From the NCBI RefSeq assembly GCF_001194135.2, contig NC_068986.1, positions 92,161,436 to 92,200,213 of the forward strand: a stretch of 38,778 nt of DNA, in the 5' to 3' direction. Source of the stretch: Octopus bimaculoides. Lineage: Eukaryota. The notes under the pieces are model-generated. The model saw only the letters and a program-made list of their open reading frames with translations. It was not told where the DNA came from and ran no database searches. The translations under genes were made by a program, and so were the position numbers. Of this stretch, positions 32,559-38,778 are shown piece by piece (the first letter of the stretch is position 1; each line of letters starts with the position of its first letter).

Positions 32559-33098
32559 CAGAAACCTTACAAGATCTGATAAAATCCTGACTTGGCTAAC
32601 CACATTGAATGATAGAAAACATTTAGGATCGTTTAGAATAAACAATACTTCCTTCGATTGGTAAATCCTGAGTTAGCTTCAATGAATTTCATGTAGATTA
32701 GGGAGCATATTAAGAATAAAGAGCACATTATCAAGACCTGAAAATCAAGAATGGAGAGTTATACATCTTTAAAATTTATTAAATAAAAAAAAACTTTCTT
32801 CATATTACATCCCGATACGTGTTTCTGCTGAATGTGTCTTAGGGTCCTTTCATATAATAGTTTGATATGATATATTAAATCAATTGCAGTGCACATTCTA
32901 ATCCACAGGTTGACATTTTATACAGCTTTGTTTGAAATGTTTCCTATAGGGGTGGGTGAAGTGAATTTACCCATGCAAGAATGAAACACAGAAAGGAATT
33001 GGATACGATCTTCTAAATTTTTAATTAAAATCTCGCCAGGGATCAGGAAGGATTAGTTTGTTGTTAAGGTCGATAAAATATGTACTAAAATACATATA

Positions 33099-33215
33099 GC
33101 TGTGTGGTTAAGGAGTCTGTCTCCCAGCCAGGTAGTGTCGGGTTCTACTCTACTGCATGGTATCTTCCGCAAATGTCTTCTTTTGTATCCTCGGATTGAC
33201 TGATACCTTTTCCAC
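33099..33215 (+). mobile_element. Old SINE family A head
   Basis: GCTGTGTGGTTAAGGAG...TCGGGTTCTACTCTACTGCATGGTATCTTCCGCAAATGTCTTC. Confidence 0.55.
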
Positions 33216-33445
33216 GAAAGATGTTCGCCGGAGACTATGCAGAAAACCTGCTCGCGCGTGCAATATTAATTGCGCGTGCAATAGAAATATTGCGGAAAAA
33301 CGTGAAATTCTTCTAGGACGTGGTACATGCAAAGTATTAATAAGACGCTCAGAGAAGGAAAGTGAATGGTTGTTTTACGTTTCGAGCAAAGCTCTTCTTC
33401 GGAAACAGGAGACATAAGAAAGTCCAAAAGAAAAGGAAGGAGGAA

Positions 33446-33518
<73 letters not shown>

Positions 33519-33681
33519 CATATATATATACATATACGACGGGCTTCTTTCAGTTTCCGCTTACTAAAATCCACTCACAAGGCTTTGGTCGGCCCGAGAT
33601 TATANNNNNNNNNNNNNNNNNNNNNNNNNNNNNNNNNNNNNNNNNNNNNNNNNNNNNNNNNNNNNNNNNNNNNNNNAGGAA

Positions 33682-33756
<75 letters not shown>

Positions 33757-33774
33757 CATATATATATACATATA

Positions 33775-33930
33775 CGACGGGCTTCTTTCAGTTTCCGCTT
33801 ACTAAAATCCACTCACAAGGCTTTGGTCGGCCCGAGATTATAGTAGAAGACACTTAACCAAGGTTCAACACAGTGGGACTGAACTCTGAACGATGTGGTC
33901 AGGAAGTAAACTTCTTTCCACGCATCCGCG
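33775..33930 (-). mobile_element. SINE family A head (part of it is duplicated at 33535-33604 across a gap)
   Basis: CGACGGGCTTCTTTCAGTTTCCG...CACTCACAAGGCTTTGGTCGGCCCGAG...AGTGGGACTGAAC. Confidence 0.85.
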
Positions 33931-34554
33931 TATATTATGTATAAATATATATGAATGTACGAGTGCATATGTGTCAGTACACACACACACACATATTTAT
34001 ATACACATATATACATGTGTGTGTGTATATATATATATATATGTATGTATACATGTATATATGTATGTAGATGTGAATATAAATGTGCGTATATATATAT
34101 ATCTACATATAGATGTCGCTGGGTGTATATGTATGCATATGTATACACACACATATACATACACACGCAGACACGTTTTTCATTCAAGTCACATGTTTGT
34201 GTGCATGTTCTTTCATATCTGTGTGTGTGTGTGTGCGTGTGTGTGTGTGTATGTGGTTGGGGGTGCGTTTATTATTCTATTCTTTGACATGAGGTGTGAC
34301 AAGGAAAAAAGAATTTATCAGAGAGTGTGATGTGTGATATTTAGAGATGATGAACCAATCACCTCAGCTTCGGCATGTGATACCTTTAGAATGTGTCACG
34401 TACTTCGTTGTGTGACATGTGCTACATGAACAAAAAAAACAAAAACAAAAAAAACAAAAAAAAAAAAAGCAAAAACAGAACAAAACAAATTATAGCCCAT
34501 CTAATGCCATCCACTGCATCACGATCGAGATCATGCAATCACCAGCGCCAACAT

Positions 34555-34610
34555 CACCTTCGTCATCGTCATCATCATCATCATCATCATTGTCGTCGTC
34601 GTCGTCGTCG

Positions 34611-34643
<33 letters not shown>

Positions 34644-35245
34644 CCTCTTTCACCACCTCCACATCCTGCGTATGCGCGGTCGTTGGATCTGGTAGACATA
34701 NNNNNNNNNNNNNNNNNNNNNNNNNNNNNNNNNNNNNNNNNNNNNNNNNNNNNNNNNNNNNNNNNNNNNNNNNNNNNNNNNNNNNNNNNNNNNNNNNNNN
34801 NNNNNNNNNNNNNNNNNNNNNNNNNNNNNNNNNNNNNNNNNNNNNNNNNNNNNNNNNNNNNNNNNNNNNNNNNNNNNNNNNNNNNNNNNNNNNNNNNNNN
34901 NNNNNNNNNNNNNNNNNNNNNNNNNNNNNNNNNNNNNNNNNNNNNNNNNNNNNNNNNNNNNNNNNNNNNNNNNNNNNNNNNNNNNNNNNNNNNNNNNNNN
35001 NNNNNNNNNNNNNNNNNNNNNNNNNNNNNNNNNNNNNNNNAACTATCTCATCATTGCTATCAACACCACTGTCATCACAGCCACCACCACCGCCACAACT
35101 ACTACCATTACTATTATCAACAATACTCACCGCCACCACCGCCACCACAGCTACCACAACAACCACCACAGCCGCCAGCACTACCCCTCACCTCCACTGC
35201 CATCGCCCCTACCATCGGCCTTACAATCACTACCACCACCACAAA
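34555..35245. repeat. (CAT/CGT)n and (CAC/CAA/CCG)n low-complexity tracts either side of a gap
   Basis: Direct reading. Confidence 0.85.
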
Positions 35246-35249
35246 CAAT

Positions 35250-35465
35250 TTCGAAAAATCAGAAGCATTATTTACCACCCTGAGCCAATACGTGAGTCTG
35301 TATCTGCAAGAAAGAATAGTCAAATCACCCTTACGTCATCTTCTCTCTTCAAGTCAAAGCGCGTTGTTTCATGAAGTCTTACATTCCGTTAGAAAGACGA
35401 AATGGTCATGGCTGGAATGTCTTTGATCGTGGATCTGCGTGACTAGGGTTGACCTAAGGCAAAAA
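35250..35465 (+). repeat. Interspersed repeat E
   Basis: ATGGTCATGGCTGGAATGTCTTTGATC...GGGTTGACCTAAGGCAAAAAAC. Confidence 0.55.
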
Positions 35466-35552
35466 ACTATCACCTATACCAACACTGCAACAGTAACCAT
35501 GCACCATCAACTCTACTGCCACTACCTAGCATCCAGTGTACCATTAATAGCA

Positions 35553-35660
35553 TTCACCAGCACCACAACCACCAGCACCACCACCGCCGCCACCACCACC
35601 AGCACCACCACCACCACAACCACCAGCACCACCACCGCCGCCACCACCACCAGCACCACC
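35553..35660. repeat. Higher-order (CAC/CAG/CGC) minisatellite, ~51-bp period
   Basis: CACCACAACCACCAGCACCACCACCGCCGCCACCACCACCAGCACCACC occurs twice before the gap. Confidence 0.7.
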
Positions 35661-36216
35661 NNNNNNNNNNNNNNNNNNNNNNNNNNNNNNNNNNNNNNNN
35701 NNNNNNNNNNNNNNNNNNNNNNNNNNNNNNNNNNNNNNNNNNNNNNNNNNNNNNNNNNNNNNNNNNNNNNNNNNNNNNNNNNNNNNNNNNNNNNNNNNNN
35801 NNNNNNNNNNNNNNNNNNNNNNNNNNNNNNNNNNNNNNNNNNNNNNNNNNNNNNNNNNNNNNNNNNNNNNNNNNNNNNNNNNNNNNNNNNNNNNNNNNNN
35901 NNNNNNNNNNNNNNNNNNNNNNNNNNNNNNNNNNNNNNNNNNNNNNNNNNNNNNNNNNNNNNNNNNNNNNNNNNNNNNNNNNNNNNNNNNNNNNNNNNNN
36001 NNNNNNNNNNNNNNNNNNNNNNNNNNNNNNNNNNNNNNNNNNNNNNNNNNNNNNNNNNNNNNNNNNNNNNNNNNNNNNNNNNNNNNNNNNNNNNNNNNNN
36101 NNNNNNNNNNNNNNNNNNNNNNNNNNNNNNNNNNNNNNNNNNNNNNNNNNNNNNNNNNNNNNNNNNNNNNNNNNNNNNNNNNNNNNNNNNNNNNNNGAGA
36201 GAGAGAGAGAGAGAGA

Positions 36217-36530
36217 GCACTCCGTCGGTTACGACGACGAGGGTCCCAGCTGATCCGATCAACGGAACAGCCTGCTCGTGAAATTAACGGGCAAGTGGCT
36301 GAGCACTCCACAGACAGGTGTACCCTTAACGTAGGGGAGATTCAGCGTGACACAGTGTGACAAGGCCGGCCCTTTGAAATACAGGTACTACTCATTTTTG
36401 CCAGCTGAGTGGACTGGAGCAACGTGAAATAAAGTTTCTTGCTCAAGGACACAACGCGTCGCCGGGAATCGAACTTACGACCTTACGATCGTGTGCCGAA
36501 TGCCCTAACCACTAAGCCACGCTCCTTCAC
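36217..36530 (-). mobile_element. tRNA-derived SINE: head D + tail X
   Basis: Minus strand GTGGCTTAGTGGTTAGGG (A box), AGTTCGATTCC (B box), GTTGTGTCCTTGAGCAAG...GCTCCAGTCCACTCAGCTGG, then CCTGTATTTCAAAGGG..GCCTTGTCACACTGTGTCACGCTGAAT...GACGGAGTGC. Confidence 0.88.
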
Positions 36531-37093
36531 AGCAGCAACAACAACAGCATTGGTAACATCATTTCCATCAATTTATTATTATTTTTTTTTAACCAAATTC
36601 CATAACAATAGACTCTCTGCATCATGCCTCATCCTTAATTCCCATTGACTTCATCAAGACATTTGACTTCAGTCCTCGCTAACCCACTTAGAAACAAAAC
36701 GCTAAAGAACACCCCTTGAAAAACAACAAAGAGGACGAGGAAGCTTTTCTCAGGTCACCAACCTTGTTTAGTATACTGCAAGAACACACCTAGAATCTTC
36801 AGTTTCTCAAATGGTGTGCAACAATGATCCGTCTTTCTCGCCACTCTTTTTAATTTATTCATCCACGACCTTCCCGTGCAGTTACGGAACAATTAGACAG
36901 CTTCATCGTACACAGCTGAAATCACAATCAACCACTTAAAAACCTGGCACTCCAGGCAAACGGTCAAAATGTAGCACCTTCCAATTAATTCCACTACTTC
37001 CTTCCGTAACAGCATCAAAAAGCATAAAATACATTACGTAACGAAGAACGTAAACAGCATCATACATACAAATACGAAAAGAAAAACAAAACA

Positions 37094-37159
37094 AGATAAA
37101 ACTAGAATTATCTACAGCACTTTGGTAGCATAGAAGTGCTGTAGATAATTCCAGTATCT
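37094..37159. other. Stem-loop: 18-bp perfect stem, 11-nt loop, extendable lower stem
   Basis: GAATTATCTACAGCACTT (37105-37122) / AAGTGCTGTAGATAATTC (37134-37151), plus CT/AG and AGATA/TATCT. Confidence 0.85.
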
Positions 37160-37319
37160 GGAATCCGCAATTTCCCAAATGATATTTTACAAGGATCCAT
37201 CTCATAACAGCTACTCTTTTTAAAATTCATACCGCCACGAATTTCTCATACCCTCACGGCACATTCATACAACCCCATAGGCACGTGATATCTCTACATA
37301 ATTTCGTGACAGCGCTGCA

Positions 37320-37383
<64 letters not shown>

Positions 37384-37767
37384 TTGTTAGCACTCCGTCG
37401 CTTACGACGTCAAGGGTTCCAGCTGATCCGATCAACGGAACAGCCTGCTCGTGAAATTAACGTGCAAGTGGCTGAGCACTCCACAGACACGTGTACCCTT
37501 AACGAAGTTCTCGGGGATATTCCGCGTGACACAGTGTGACAAGGCTGACCCGTTGAATTACAGGCACAACAGAAACAGGAAGAAAGAGTGAGAGACAGTT
37601 GTGGTGAAAGAGTACAGCAGGGTTCGCCACCATCCCCTACTGGAGCCTCGTGGAGCTTTTAGGTGTTTTCGCTCAATAAACACTCACAACGCCCGGTCTG
37701 GAAATCGAAACCGCGATCCTATGACCACGAGTACGCTGCCCTAACCACTGGTCCATTGCGCCTCCAC
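37384..37767 (-). mobile_element. Full-length tRNA-derived SINE: head C + tail X, inserted in a (CA)n tract
   Basis: Collinear with 26232-26624 over its whole length, with CA repeats on both flanks. Confidence 0.9.
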
Positions 37768-38033
37768 GACACACACAAACTATGTCGCAAATACACAACA
37801 CTAGAAAATAGAAAAAGAGGTATCACCTATCGAAGTCCCCATTTCTCTCTCGCTCTCAGTAACACTGAAGAACATAAAACGCAATAAGCAACCGTTACAC
37901 TCAACGACATAAACAATGTTATACATACAACGACAAGATTATATGAAGAATTATCACAATCTATAAACTTCTGCAACATTCTGCAGCATAAAGAAAGGTA
38001 ATTAGTATCGGCTCGTTAATATTTGATGCAAAT

Positions 38034-38230
38034 GGCGGGTTGACAAAATCGTAACCACGGCGGACAAAATGCTTAGCAGCATTTCTTCCGACTTTAATGC
38101 CGGCGAGATCGATTTTGCGTTTCATCCTTTCGGGGTTGATAAAATAAGTGCCAGTTGAGTATTGGGGTCGATGTAATCGACTGACACCTCCCTCGAAATT
38201 GCTGGCATTGTGCCAAAAATTTGAAAGCAA
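38034..38230 (+). mobile_element. SINE family B (tail type 3)
   Basis: TTTCATCCTTTCGGGGTTGATAAAATAAGTGCCAGTTGAGTATTGGGGTCGATGTAATCGAC...ATTGCTGGCATTGTGCCAAAAATTTGAAAGC. Confidence 0.82.
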
Positions 38231-38302
38231 TATTTGGCTTTATTGCAAACAATCAAAAGAGAACAGCGATGGTCCTTTGGAATTATTACACTGAACAATG
38301 AA

Positions 38303-38495
38303 CCGTATTTATTAGGGTATAAGACGACGCTACTTTTTACTTGATTTTAACCGAAAAAAAAAAAACTGGGATGCGTTTTATACACGGGGCAAAGCAAATT
38401 CCCTGTGAAGAAGGAAAAAATGTTGTACCAAGATTTGACACTAAATTAGGGGTGTGATATATACACGGGTACAGCTTATTCACGAGTATATACGG
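38303..38495. mobile_element. Tc1/mariner (Tc2/pogo-like) MITE
   Basis: TIRs CCGTATTTATTAGGGTATAAG / CTTATTCACGAGTATATACGG (reverse complement CCGTATATACTCGTGAATAAG). TA on the right flank, AA on the left. Confidence 0.7.
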
Positions 38496-38507
38496 TATTT
38501 AAGTTAA

Positions 38508-38757
38508 TGCGTTGCTATGTGGTAAGAAGCTTGTTCCCCAACCATATGGTCCGGGTTCAGTCCCACTGCGTGGCACTGTTCCCCAACCATATGGTCCGGG
38601 TTCAGTCCCACTGCGTGGCACTGTTCCCCAACCATATGGTCCGGGTTCAGTCCCACTGCGTGGCACCTTGGGCAAGTATCTTCTACTACTATAGCCTCGA
38701 GTCGACCAAAGCCTTGCGTGGATTTGGTAGACGGAAACTGAAAGAAGCCCGTCGCAT
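38508..38757 (+). mobile_element. SINE family A head with an internal 3 x 45-bp perfect tandem repeat
   Basis: Unit TGTTCCCCAACCATATGGTCCGGGTTCAGTCCCACTGCGTGGCAC at 38532-38576, 38577-38621 and 38622-38666, then the normal CTTGGGCAAGT... body. Confidence 0.93.
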
Positions 38758-38778
38758 ATATATACATACGTGTGTGTG

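Noticed and set aside
33250-33297. Repeated GCGCGTGCAATA with small inverted GCAAT/ATTGC motifs
   Set aside because: Only two 12-bp copies and no independent evidence of a regulatory role.
33441-33842. Direct duplication of ~165 bp (33441-33604 and 33677-33842) either side of a ~72-N gap
   Set aside because: Identical except for microsatellite length and placed exactly at both contig ends. This is the typical signature of unmerged overlapping contigs, not a real tandem duplication.
38532-38666. 3 x 45-bp repeat as a CRISPR array or repeat-protein ORF (38512..38694, 38504..38767)
   Set aside because: No spacers, eukaryotic context, and the unit is an internal piece of SINE family A. The ORFs exist only because 45 is a multiple of 3.
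373-38767. Numerous HTHT/CVCV/YIYI/LSIY/poly-X ORFs
   Set aside because: Translations of dinucleotide or tetranucleotide microsatellites and N-gaps.

Overview
Eukaryotic, AT-rich, very repeat-dense genomic scaffold. It has 14 N-gaps (~4.2 kb), nearly all flanked by microsatellites. The SINE, microsatellite and LINE content looks like an Octopus (cephalopod) draft genome; this is an inference from repeat style. The only well-supported host coding sequence is a minus-strand first coding exon (30469-30175). It encodes a signal peptide plus a somatomedin-B-like domain of an SBSPON/RPE-spondin-type gene and ends in a phase-1 GTAAGT donor. I could not find the downstream TSP1 exon, so most of 1-30174 is probably one very large intron. 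The rest is tRNA-derived SINEs, 3' LINE fragments (RTE, CR1-like, R4/Dong), hAT and Tc1/mariner MITEs, and simple repeats. SINE labels are my own: family A, family B, heads C/D with tails X/Y, and repeat E. Almost all ORFs in the supplied track are microsatellite or gap artefacts. I see no novel protein system. The best leads are RNA- or structure-level: two Penelope-type minimal hammerhead-like motifs (one with a variant core), a 2x2 head/tail shuffle among SINEs, a near-perfect ~240-bp fold-back inverted duplication, a miRNA-like hairpin, and a SINE with a triplicated Pol III B box. Repeat boundaries are approximate unless a TSD or TIR is quoted.
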